From the sequence record NC_061445.1: a stretch of 64,000 bases of DNA, one strand, 5' to 3'. Below are positions 54,377 through 62,294 of the stretch, in pieces. Numbering within the stretch: the first letter of the stretch is position 1; every line of letters begins with the position of its first letter. The notes below the pieces were generated by a model that saw only the letters and a program-made list of their open reading frames with translations, was not told where the DNA came from and did no database searches. The translations under genes were made by a program, and so were the position numbers.

Positions 54377-54412
54377 AAAAAGAAAGGACCACATCCAAAA
54401 TGGAGGGTCCTT
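54377..54412 (-). terminator. Rho-independent terminator
   Basis: AAGGACC...TCCA-TTT-TGGA...GGTCCTT followed by TCTTTTT. Confidence 0.65.
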
Positions 54413-54465
54413 ATGGTGTTACAATAAGTTTGGGATGGTAACGCATCGGCAGTGGGCGCTGTCGA

Positions 54466-54663
54466 TTAGGCAAAGCACATTTCCCAGCGCGGTACAACGC
54501 GGAAGAAGTGCTTAAAGTTGGACGGTGGATTCTTCTTGATTGACTCAAGTTTCTGTTCCACTACGTCATAATCTTTTATGCCACTCTCAACGGTGTGAGT
54601 GGTGAACGTACCGTCAGCCTGAATCAAATCGGCGACAACACGGTAGCTTGGTCTACGAAGCAT
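54466..54663 (-). CDS. Hypothetical protein (65 aa)
   Basis: AGGAG RBS; CTGTAAACA variant at 54703-54711. Confidence 0.65.
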   Translation of the reverse strand: MLRRPSYRVVADLIQADGTFTTHTVESGIKDYDVVEQKLESIKKNPPSNFKHFFRVVPRWEMCFA

Positions 54664-54757
54664 CTATTCTCCTGTGCTAAAATTTCTCGTTCTTCTGAAT
54701 TATGTTTACAGTTTACCGCGAGTAGTCACATAAGAATAAAGTCAGACAAATCTTAAA

Positions 54758-55087
54758 ACTCCAATAGGCTCTCAGTAGAAAACTTATTGGAGTCCACCCT
54801 GACAAGATGACGGTCCTGTCAAGGTTTTCTCCCCGTGCTATTCAATGCACCAGCACGGTAGCGCTCGCGGTCTTACGCCCTTTGTGGCAGCGAACATTTC
54901 GGCAGGTAGCGTGGTTCGCAGCCCTAGGCAGCCGCTTTCGGCCATTAGCGATAACGCGGTGTTACGCTACTTGGCCTAGGGTGACTCTGGGCCGAGTCTG
55001 TACAAAAAAGAGTTCGGCCTATCCCCAAATTCGGCAAAAGAAATAAGCCGAACTAAACAGTCAGCGCAAACTCCGTATGCACTGTTT
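54758..55087 (-). ncRNA. Candidate structured non-coding RNA (~330 nt), family not recognised
   Basis: Gene-free gap with seven consecutive stems, several with minus-strand G:U pairs; CTAATTT motif just upstream; last stem followed by TTTT. Confidence 0.6.
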
Positions 55088-55098
55088 TGTACTGTCAT

Positions 55099-55105
55099 AA
55101 ATTAG
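55099..55105 (-). promoter_or_regulatory. Class-L motif CTAATTT heading the candidate ncRNA
   Basis: Between the HAD gene stop and the first hairpin; no RBS-bearing ORF follows. Confidence 0.55.
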
Positions 55106-55132
55106 AAACATCCTGTAATATTCAGACAATTC

Positions 55133-55720
55133 TTAGTTCAACATTGGCGTTAGATTTTCTAAGAAGTGTTTGCGATCAAACGACGAAATTCTGTGAGGGT
55201 GATCGACGTGCATGTTCCAGCCTTTGTTGAACAGCAGGATATTGCGCGGCAACGATACGACCGTACCGACACGGGTGAACGAATCACGCACGGCAGTTAC
55301 CGGATTGTCATCGACGAGAATCCAAGTACCTTCACCGTAAAGCTCGTTCAGGAAATCAATCTTGTTCGGATGCTCACGGCTATCGAGGCAGTGAATGTGA
55401 TCGAACAATGAGAGATGCTTGGACAGAGACTTGCGTGTGTAGCGTTCACCTTTTTCGTGATAGCCACGATGCGTACAAATGCCAGCACTGAATCCATCAC
55501 GCACCAGCATCGCTACTGTCTGGATGAAGTAGTCACGCATGTTGGCTTTGAGCATGAAGCTACCATCAGCCAGCATATCGACAAACGGTTGCTTGCCGTT
55601 CTCTGGAGTGATGTACGTGTCGGTGCCTGGGTAGATTCCGAAGTTCATCAGATAACACAACATGAAATTGTGGGTATCGAATGCTGTGTCATCCATGTCA
55701 AAGAAAATGTGTTTGATCAT
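55133..55720 (-). CDS. HAD-superfamily phosphatase / nucleotidase-like (195 aa)
   Basis: IFFDMDDT (motif I), ICTHRG (II), K..F, LVDDNP (IV). Confidence 0.8.
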   Translation of the reverse strand: MIKHIFFDMDDTAFDTHNFMLCYLMNFGIYPGTDTYITPENGKQPFVDMLADGSFMLKANMRDYFIQTVAMLVRDGFSAGICTHRGYHEKGERYTRKSLSKHLSLFDHIHCLDSREHPNKIDFLNELYGEGTWILVDDNPVTAVRDSFTRVGTVVSLPRNILLFNKGWNMHVDHPHRISSFDRKHFLENLTPMLN

Positions 55721-56052
55721 TAATGCCTCGTGCTATTGCACACAAAAGGAATGTTGTTGATATGTCCGAGATTCAGATCGCGGTTACAGTATTGCAGGCG
55801 CATCTCGTCTGCGTTGGCGACAGCCATAATCTCATCGAAGGGATCGATGCGGAACACAGGCCACTCAAGCAGCTCGGTGTTGCTATCATCCGTTTCATCA
55901 ATGAAGTAGGCACCAAGCATCCACTTAGTGCCTACGCTGTCTTGTACGAGGTGACCGATGATGCACTCTCCGTCCTGAACCACAAGATGAAGAGGATGAT
56001 CTAAGCAAAGTTCTTCCTCGTCAAAATCAAAATGGAAATCATCATCGTTCAT
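55720..56052 (-). CDS. Acidic hypothetical protein (110 aa)
   Basis: Operon packing; TAATG coupling. Confidence 0.65.
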   Translation of the reverse strand: MNDDDFHFDFDEEELCLDHPLHLVVQDGECIIGHLVQDSVGTKWMLGAYFIDETDDSNTELLEWPVFRIDPFDEIMAVANADEMRLQYCNRDLNLGHINNIPFVCNSTRH

Positions 56053-56054
56053 AA

Positions 56055-56627
56055 CTATGCCCTCAGATCAACCAAAATAGATGCAGCCAAATCTCGGAGC
56101 ATATCACGACCAAGAGAAGTATACATCGTTTGTGCTACGACTATGCGCTCTAAGAACAGGCGAGAACTGATAACGTCCTGACCTGTCTTCTGGCGAACGA
56201 ACTCGATGATTGAAGATGGCGGTTGAATGAGGAATGTGAGTATCTCTGCGTCATGCAATACGTTGCCCATCTCAGTAACAGGTTGCATCTCTGTTTCCTG
56301 ATCAAGGATGTATGCGATGACTCGATCCTCATTACCTATATTGCGGTGTAACTTAAAGAACTTTCTAACAGCACTCACGGTGTGCATAAAATCGTATTCC
56401 GGAGAAGTCGGCATACGAAGAAAGAGGGAAGCGAGCAACAGATTTATTTCTAACTGTGGGCCTTGCTCAATGTTCAACATGGCGTGAGAGGTAAGCACGA
56501 CATGCAGCGAGAAGTCACGAGTGTAGAGCGGGTGAGAGGTCGCTGTCTGATCAAAGTAGTCAAGGGCGCGATACAACCCTTGACGCTTCAACAGGTGCTC
56601 TGCTTTGATACGATTGAGGCGGTGCAT
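56055..56627 (-). CDS. Hypothetical protein (190 aa)
   Basis: Helical; faint degenerate HD-like pattern (LHDAEIL). Confidence 0.65.
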   Translation of the reverse strand: MHRLNRIKAEHLLKRQGLYRALDYFDQTATSHPLYTRDFSLHVVLTSHAMLNIEQGPQLEINLLLASLFLRMPTSPEYDFMHTVSAVRKFFKLHRNIGNEDRVIAYILDQETEMQPVTEMGNVLHDAEILTFLIQPPSSIIEFVRQKTGQDVISSRLFLERIVVAQTMYTSLGRDMLRDLAASILVDLRA

Positions 56628-57601
56628 TACTCTGCGCCACGAATCTCTTTCAGGCTGTTCTTGATTGCCTTACGCAATGTCTTGCCTGTGTCAATGCCGT
56701 CGATGTGACGAGCGAACACATTGGCAAACAGCGTAGTCGGGTTTTTCATGATCGCTTTATCGAGGTCAGGACGACCCTCAGCAATCTGCATTTCCCCAGG
56801 CCACAGTTCAGCAACAGCAGCGCTATCGTTCGCAGCAATCAGCTCCAGCTCTCGGACCGAGATACTGTTTTGGCGAGCGATGTTGCGGAAGATAACATCG
56901 ACGAATGGCAGCAGGTCTTCGGACACAACGTTCTTCACGTCTTTCGCGTCACCAGCTCGTTGGAAATCTTCAAGCAGACCTTCAAGATGCGTTTGCGTGA
57001 TCTTCTGGACGTTACGCAGTTTCTTAAACAGCATCATCCATCTGACCTTGCGCTTCGAACTCAGGAGATGAGTCCAGACGCTTTCACCGAGTGCAATCAT
57101 CAGTCGGTTATAAACGTCAACGCTAACGCAGTCACGATCAACAAAGACCGTGATCTCGTCTTGCCATTCGTCTTTCTTAAACTTGCTGCGGAACGCGTGT
57201 GTCTTCGAACCTGACTGCTGGACAAAGTTGATACGCGCACAACGACGCAGCGCCTCTTGCAGATGATACTTCGCAACGATCTTCGGAAGTTTCTTTAGAC
57301 CGATGCGACAGGCTTTAGCCACTTCTGCTTCACGCCCATAGAGCGAGAGTCGAGGCAGTCCACCGATAACAGGCATTGATGCGTACGGTCTGACTGTCAC
57401 ACCACACACTGACATTCCCGGCTCAGGGTCTGATCCAAGAATTGCGAGCACGTCACCAGCTTTGGGGCTGAACTTAATTGTCTCAGGGTCTGACGAACCG
57501 AGAGTGTTAGCGAGAATGCCAACAGTGTTTCCGGTTGCCAGAACGAGATGGTTTTTATTTCCCTGCCTTACGACAAGGTAATCATTTTCACTGTGTTTCA
57601 T
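56627..57601 (-). CDS. Hypothetical protein (324 aa)
   Basis: Long ORF, TAATG coupling. Confidence 0.7.
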   Translation of the reverse strand: MKHSENDYLVVRQGNKNHLVLATGNTVGILANTLGSSDPETIKFSPKAGDVLAILGSDPEPGMSVCGVTVRPYASMPVIGGLPRLSLYGREAEVAKACRIGLKKLPKIVAKYHLQEALRRCARINFVQQSGSKTHAFRSKFKKDEWQDEITVFVDRDCVSVDVYNRLMIALGESVWTHLLSSKRKVRWMMLFKKLRNVQKITQTHLEGLLEDFQRAGDAKDVKNVVSEDLLPFVDVIFRNIARQNSISVRELELIAANDSAAVAELWPGEMQIAEGRPDLDKAIMKNPTTLFANVFARHIDGIDTGKTLRKAIKNSLKEIRGAE

Positions 57602-57607
57602 AACGGC

Positions 57608-58126
57608 CTATTCTGCAATTGGTTCAGAGTAATGAACATGAACTTCCGCAGTACGTTCACGACGAATGCGACCGAAGGTTTGCTCAGTAGTAGCTGGTGC
57701 CCAATTCATGGACGCCTCTACTGACACAAGCACCTGCTCATCCCACATGTCACCGTCTTCGAGATAGTCGGCAATCATGTTCAACGCAACAGGACGGTCG
57801 AGACCCAGATGCGCAAGATCAGCGATAACGAGTCTTGGCTTGGTACCGTCTTTCATTTCGTCGAGTTCGTATTGCAACTCGGACAGGGTACTGACTTGTC
57901 GAGCATCTGCGCCCGTCATGCCTTTGTACTCATCTTGTCCGAAATAAGCAATATCAAAATCAGGAATGTCGGTATGCGACAAAAAGAAATGAGGTGCGTC
58001 CACCAGAATAGAAGGTGAGGCGCACATCTGGAGCAAACCCATATACGGATGTTTAGTCTCATGGGCAGCTACCGAACAAGACGTCCCAGCAAGAGATTGA
58101 CAAATGCTGTGTGCGAGATTATTCAT
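57608..58126 (-). CDS. Hypothetical protein (172 aa)
   Basis: GAGG RBS. Confidence 0.65.
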   Translation of the reverse strand: MNNLAHSICQSLAGTSCSVAAHETKHPYMGLLQMCASPSILVDAPHFFLSHTDIPDFDIAYFGQDEYKGMTGADARQVSTLSELQYELDEMKDGTKPRLVIADLAHLGLDRPVALNMIADYLEDGDMWDEQVLVSVEASMNWAPATTEQTFGRIRRERTAEVHVHYSEPIAE

Positions 58127-58164
58127 AGTAACCTCAATTCTCAGGAGTAGGTTATCGCAGCGAG

Positions 58165-58824
58165 CTACGAGGAGAAGTGTATGAACATTTGAACAGGTCG
58201 CGCATACGGATTATGGATAGTGCGGAGCAGTTGCTCGAAATGCACATCACGGCCACGCAGGTAATTGCAGTTATCGAAAATGATCAAACTGTACGGCTGT
58301 GTGTTCTTCACAACGTATCGCTTGTCTGTGGCGAGCCGAGGCTTTATCTCAAAGCTCTCTTTGATCTGCTGGCACATGCGACCATAACCAGAGCTATCGC
58401 TGTAGACGAACGCATCGCACTTAGTGGGGCGAACATCAAACAGATCAGGCTCTCTCGTACCGATATACAGGCATCTGGCTTCTGGGTTCTTTTCCATGAA
58501 GTCCATGAGCAGCCACTGCGCAAAAACAGTAGCGCCGCTGCGTTGAGGCAGATGGAAACCAACAGTGTTGTAATCACGGAGGATTTCGTATGACACTTCT
58601 ACCTTTGAAGCAGCCTCAGCGATTTGCTCTGCTGTCGGTATGACACGGCGTCGGGCGTACTCTTCGGCTGAGATTTTACCAAACGCGTAGTCGTCATCAA
58701 CTTCGGAATTAAGTTTGTAGTTAGCGCTGGCGAGAGCAGAATGCTGGACGGAATCGAATGCGCGTTTACGCACGGACTCGACTAACGTGAGCATTGCTTG
58801 CTGTTCGGCATTAAGTTCAAACAT
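58165..58824 (-). CDS. Hypothetical protein (219 aa) with degenerate P-loop-like motifs
   Basis: FHLPQRSGAT (Walker A-like, K to A) and SLIIFDN (Walker B-like). Confidence 0.55.
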   Translation of the reverse strand: MFELNAEQQAMLTLVESVRKRAFDSVQHSALASANYKLNSEVDDDYAFGKISAEEYARRRVIPTAEQIAEAASKVEVSYEILRDYNTVGFHLPQRSGATVFAQWLLMDFMEKNPEARCLYIGTREPDLFDVRPTKCDAFVYSDSSGYGRMCQQIKESFEIKPRLATDKRYVVKNTQPYSLIIFDNCNYLRGRDVHFEQLLRTIHNPYARPVQMFIHFSS

Positions 58825-58833
58825 AATGGTTCC

Positions 58834-59046
58834 TTATTTATCAGGGGTTGGTGGAGACGGTCTTTTCACCATGCTCGTTTTATCGACATAGTGAAAACCA
58901 AAGGCATTCGCCTTGTACTGCTGACGCGCTTTGTTATCGCGGTGCTTTTTCAAATTAGCCTCACGATCCATATCGTCAAAGATACCCGTTCGACGATGGT
59001 ACTTAAAATCAGGGTGTACTGAGATATGTTTGACGATAGCGGTCAT
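58834..59046 (-). CDS. Hypothetical protein (70 aa)
   Basis: GAGG RBS. Confidence 0.6.
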   Translation of the reverse strand: MTAIVKHISVHPDFKYHRRTGIFDDMDREANLKKHRDNKARQQYKANAFGFHYVDKTSMVKRPSPPTPDK

Positions 59047-59057
59047 AGGTTATTCCT

Positions 59058-59555
59058 CTATACGGGTTTGAGTTTCAGATGCGCCCACGGAAAATCTGCT
59101 TTCTCCAGCAACTCGTTTGCAGTTCCCATCTCGGCGAATTTGTCAAACACATGACCGTACATCGCAGCGAACTCGGCATTCTCCAAGTCTGCTTGCCAAT
59201 CATCATTATCGGTCACATGCTTCTGCCAGATCTCATCGTGCAACTTAGAGAAGGCTTCGACACGCTTAGGGTAAAGCAGCGAAAACAGGTCACGGGCGAA
59301 ACAGATTTTATACTTGTCCTCAGAAGCAAGTTTCTGCAAAGAGGTCAATGGGTATTTACAGTCAAAAGCAGACAGCACCTCGCTATACTGACGAAACAGA
59401 CGCTTATTCTTTACAGCAATCAATTCCATCGGGCAGTCTTTGATTAGACGCATCACCAACTTCTTGGAGCGCAGTTCAGGCCATTCAGATGGAGGCAACA
59501 CAGCGCTTTGGGACAACTTAAACTCAAGTCGAAACAGAACTTCAATAGGGCTCAT
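59058..59555 (-). CDS. Hypothetical protein (165 aa)
   Basis: ATGA overlap with the upstream gene. Confidence 0.65.
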   Translation of the reverse strand: MSPIEVLFRLEFKLSQSAVLPPSEWPELRSKKLVMRLIKDCPMELIAVKNKRLFRQYSEVLSAFDCKYPLTSLQKLASEDKYKICFARDLFSLLYPKRVEAFSKLHDEIWQKHVTDNDDWQADLENAEFAAMYGHVFDKFAEMGTANELLEKADFPWAHLKLKPV

Positions 59556-61129
59556 TCTGCGTCCTCTAAATATGTGATATGGTCAGAGAATGGTTTTTGA
59601 ATAAACAGTGCTTCGTCATAATGAATCTCACCATTGACCGTATCAATCAACGCACCATCGTGCTCCAGCGAGTAAATACATTTGACCTGCGTGTCGTCCA
59701 CAAGAAGTTTCATCAGCCTGTACGATTCAATGCCTGAGAAAATATGATTGAGGATTTTTCGTTTCCTGCGTTCATTGATTTTCAATTTCTTGAGATCATA
59801 TTTAACACCAGACTGACAAGCAAGGGTTCGCTCTCCGAATTTCGTTTCACGTATGCGCTCGATATAAATATCAGTTAACGCAGACAGCGCGACAGACAAC
59901 GGGATTGAATCGTTATTCCACTTTCGGATAAAATCGAAAGTCTGCTTTGTCTCCATAAGCCTACGCAATTGAGCAAACACTCTACCGCGCATTGAATAAG
60001 ACAACTGACCCATTGAGAAGATCGTCGCATAGAAACAAATCTTCGTTTCTGCTTTCGGTAGATTGTTGCGATGAGCAATATCGTCAACGGAAGTCACGCC
60101 TTCAAGGAACGAACATGCGATGCCATTAACTCGAAGCTCCTCAAGTAAAATGTTGAGCTGGCTGCTGGACATATCCCAGTTGGTTCCTATAGCACTGCAC
60201 ATCTGTTTGAGTTCCGATGGGAACGATTGGAAGCCACCACCCTTCTCAAACAAACGACCTCCAATCTTTGCTAGCCGATACACAGGCATATAGCGAATAA
60301 TCAGCGGAGACTCCTGAACTATCTGCACAGGCCCGCTAAGTATTGACTGGAGAGATGCAAGGACATGATGATACTGCCCTTGTGCCCGCTGCGACTTCAT
60401 GTATGACCGTTGTTCGAGATAAGTTAGAATGGGATCAATTCGAATCTCATTCGGAGCCAACTTAGCAAGAACGGCCGTGTATAACTTTTTAGCCTCTCTG
60501 TCCCTGTTTGAGCATAACGCTTTGAGATCATGTCGTGGCCACTTGAATGGTTTTTTCACAGCAACATCTAACATGTCTTTTATCGTTTGCCCGTGCTGCT
60601 CGTTTACCAAGCGCAAAGGACTATACAGACGAGTAACCTTCAAAAGGTCATCGCCCGTCTTAGGCTTCTCAGGGTACATGCACTCTAACACTTCGGCCCT
60701 TATGCGGAAGCGACGACACACTCCAGGTTTGCCCTTCTTGAAGATATGTCGTTTATGTTCGAAGACGTTATCGAGTAACCATTCTAGTGCTCGACTAAAA
60801 TGTTTCTCTGTCTTAGCAAACTTAGGCGCTACTGGTCCCCAACACTGCGAATTTACTCCGAATACCATCGGCAGAACTTTTCGCCCGAACTTAGAGGGGA
60901 ACGGTGTCCAAACCTCTCCGAACTTAGCGTTTCTCTGCTGGCTCTTAACAGGCGTATACAGCGATAGCTGCAACACATGCCAAAAGAACAGATTAATCTG
61001 TTTTCGGTATTCAGCTTCATGTTTCTTCGGCCCATCGTACGGACAGGCGAATACTATGTTATTCTGAACCCACTTGATAGGAAACATCTCCTGGTACGTG
61101 GGATTCTTCACCAAATACGGAGAAGCCAT
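59552..61129 (-). CDS. Compact family-A-polymerase-fold protein (525 aa) lacking an exonuclease domain
   Basis: GGRLFEKGGGFQSFP, NWDMSSSQLNIL, KICFYATIF, NHIFSGIE, LEHDGALI occur in Pol A motif order. Confidence 0.55.
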   Translation of the reverse strand: MASPYLVKNPTYQEMFPIKWVQNNIVFACPYDGPKKHEAEYRKQINLFFWHVLQLSLYTPVKSQQRNAKFGEVWTPFPSKFGRKVLPMVFGVNSQCWGPVAPKFAKTEKHFSRALEWLLDNVFEHKRHIFKKGKPGVCRRFRIRAEVLECMYPEKPKTGDDLLKVTRLYSPLRLVNEQHGQTIKDMLDVAVKKPFKWPRHDLKALCSNRDREAKKLYTAVLAKLAPNEIRIDPILTYLEQRSYMKSQRAQGQYHHVLASLQSILSGPVQIVQESPLIIRYMPVYRLAKIGGRLFEKGGGFQSFPSELKQMCSAIGTNWDMSSSQLNILLEELRVNGIACSFLEGVTSVDDIAHRNNLPKAETKICFYATIFSMGQLSYSMRGRVFAQLRRLMETKQTFDFIRKWNNDSIPLSVALSALTDIYIERIRETKFGERTLACQSGVKYDLKKLKINERRKRKILNHIFSGIESYRLMKLLVDDTQVKCIYSLEHDGALIDTVNGEIHYDEALFIQKPFSDHITYLEDAE

Positions 61130-61162
61130 TGCATACTCCAGAAAAAGTGCTTCTTGCTCTTA

Positions 61163-61171
61163 TTTTTACAG
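61163..61171 (-). promoter_or_regulatory. Class-M motif variant CTGTAAAAA
   Basis: 34 nt upstream of the Pol-A-like gene. Confidence 0.45.
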
Positions 61172-61199
61172 TTTTTGGTGCTTTTCGATCTTTTTCTTG

Positions 61200-61480
61200 T
61201 TTTAGGTACAAAACAGAGTCACATCTTAACCCTCACTTCAACACCCCTACCTAAACCTCATGCGGACAAGCGAACCTCAGCCGCCCGCCAGCCGACAAGC
61301 TAATCAACTGGCTTCGCTAGGACAGCTAACAAGCTAGGGCTAAATAGCTGGCTAGATAGGCTTATATTCATCATAGATGCTAGGGCTTTAATGGGTATCT
61401 AAGTGCTAAAAATGAGCCAAGCGCGGATAGTCGTATGACGCTCGCTACGCATGTGAAATCAGCCGTAGACAGCTTAAAAG
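61200..61480. repeat. Non-coding tract with clustered GCTA/AGCT short repeats and a C-rich run; candidate origin
   Basis: About eight GCTA in ~61299-61409, preceded by a G-free C/A-rich run; within a ~490-nt gene-free gap. Confidence 0.45.
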
Positions 61481-61623
61481 CGAAAAATCACCTAACTGAT
61501 TTCGGTCAAAAATACCATGTAACTTTTTTCGAAAATCGCACTCGAAACTGTACGAATCGTGAGATTTTTCTGAAAATAGAGGAAAAACCCGAATAAAATC
61601 AAGGACTTTTCCCCCTTTTTCAG

Positions 61624-62283
61624 TTACTTTTTCTGCGAAACACGCTTCCCGAGCTTGACGCCGATTTGAGTCATGATGCGTTTGACAGTCTCCCCGTCGT
61701 GTTCAGCCATTGCACTCGCTAAACGTTCGCCCTGTTCACGCGATAGCTCTGGCATAATCATTTTCAGCATCTGTGAGCGCATCTTAGCTGATTTAGAGCG
61801 TCCTTTCGAGACAGACACGCCTTCATTCACCTTGAGCGCATTGCTAATCGCTTTCTGCACACGACGATCACCGAAGATATCGCCGAATACGTCACCGAAC
61901 AGGTCTTTGAACGATAGACCACCGCTCATAATGTCGTTTTTCGTGAAACGCACAGGCTGTCCGAGAGCGTTTGTCTTCGTGCAGTGCGTGGATTCAACTT
62001 CGTTCGTTGTGCGTCCACCAGCACGGAAGTTCTCGTCAGGACGTGACGCTTTGCCCTCTGCGCCTGGCTTCGTGTTGCCATTACGCAGATCTGCATCACC
62101 TTCAACAGCTTTATCCGGGTCGAACATGTCGTCCGCTTTTGCGCTTTGATTCGCATCAAACGGAATCTTACCTGTCAGCTTGTTTGGATCTGGCCAACTG
62201 TCCGGGATATCAGACGCAGGTTGTGGTTTGTTCGTCATATCACCGTTAGCTTCGCTGCTCAAGCTGATCTTAATACGTGCCAT
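61624..62283 (-). CDS. Hypothetical protein (219 aa), N-terminus MARIKISLSS; putative internal virion/scaffold protein
   Basis: AGGAG RBS; ISLSS motif; disordered N-half. Confidence 0.7.
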   Translation of the reverse strand: MARIKISLSSEANGDMTNKPQPASDIPDSWPDPNKLTGKIPFDANQSAKADDMFDPDKAVEGDADLRNGNTKPGAEGKASRPDENFRAGGRTTNEVESTHCTKTNALGQPVRFTKNDIMSGGLSFKDLFGDVFGDIFGDRRVQKAISNALKVNEGVSVSKGRSKSAKMRSQMLKMIMPELSREQGERLASAMAEHDGETVKRIMTQIGVKLGKRVSQKK

Positions 62284-62294
62284 TGTCTTTTCTC

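Noticed and set aside
54807-55046. 79-aa plus-strand ORF inside the hairpin region
   Set aside because: No RBS or plus-strand promoter motif, and atypical composition; the structure signal favours a minus-strand RNA
54758-55087. Possibility that the structured region is tmRNA, RNase P RNA, a tRNA cluster or a group I intron
   Set aside because: No acceptor/T-arm with CCA, no GAGGAAAGUCC, no recognisable P7 elements, and it does not interrupt a gene
56055-57601. Faint HD-hydrolase pattern (190 aa) and zincin-like pattern (324 aa)
   Set aside because: Key metal ligands are missing (no HD dyad, no HExxH), so no enzymatic call is supportable
59353-59361. Exact CTGTAAATA inside the 165-aa CDS
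   Set aside because: About 300 nt from the next start; may be chance or an internal promoter, so not listed as a feature
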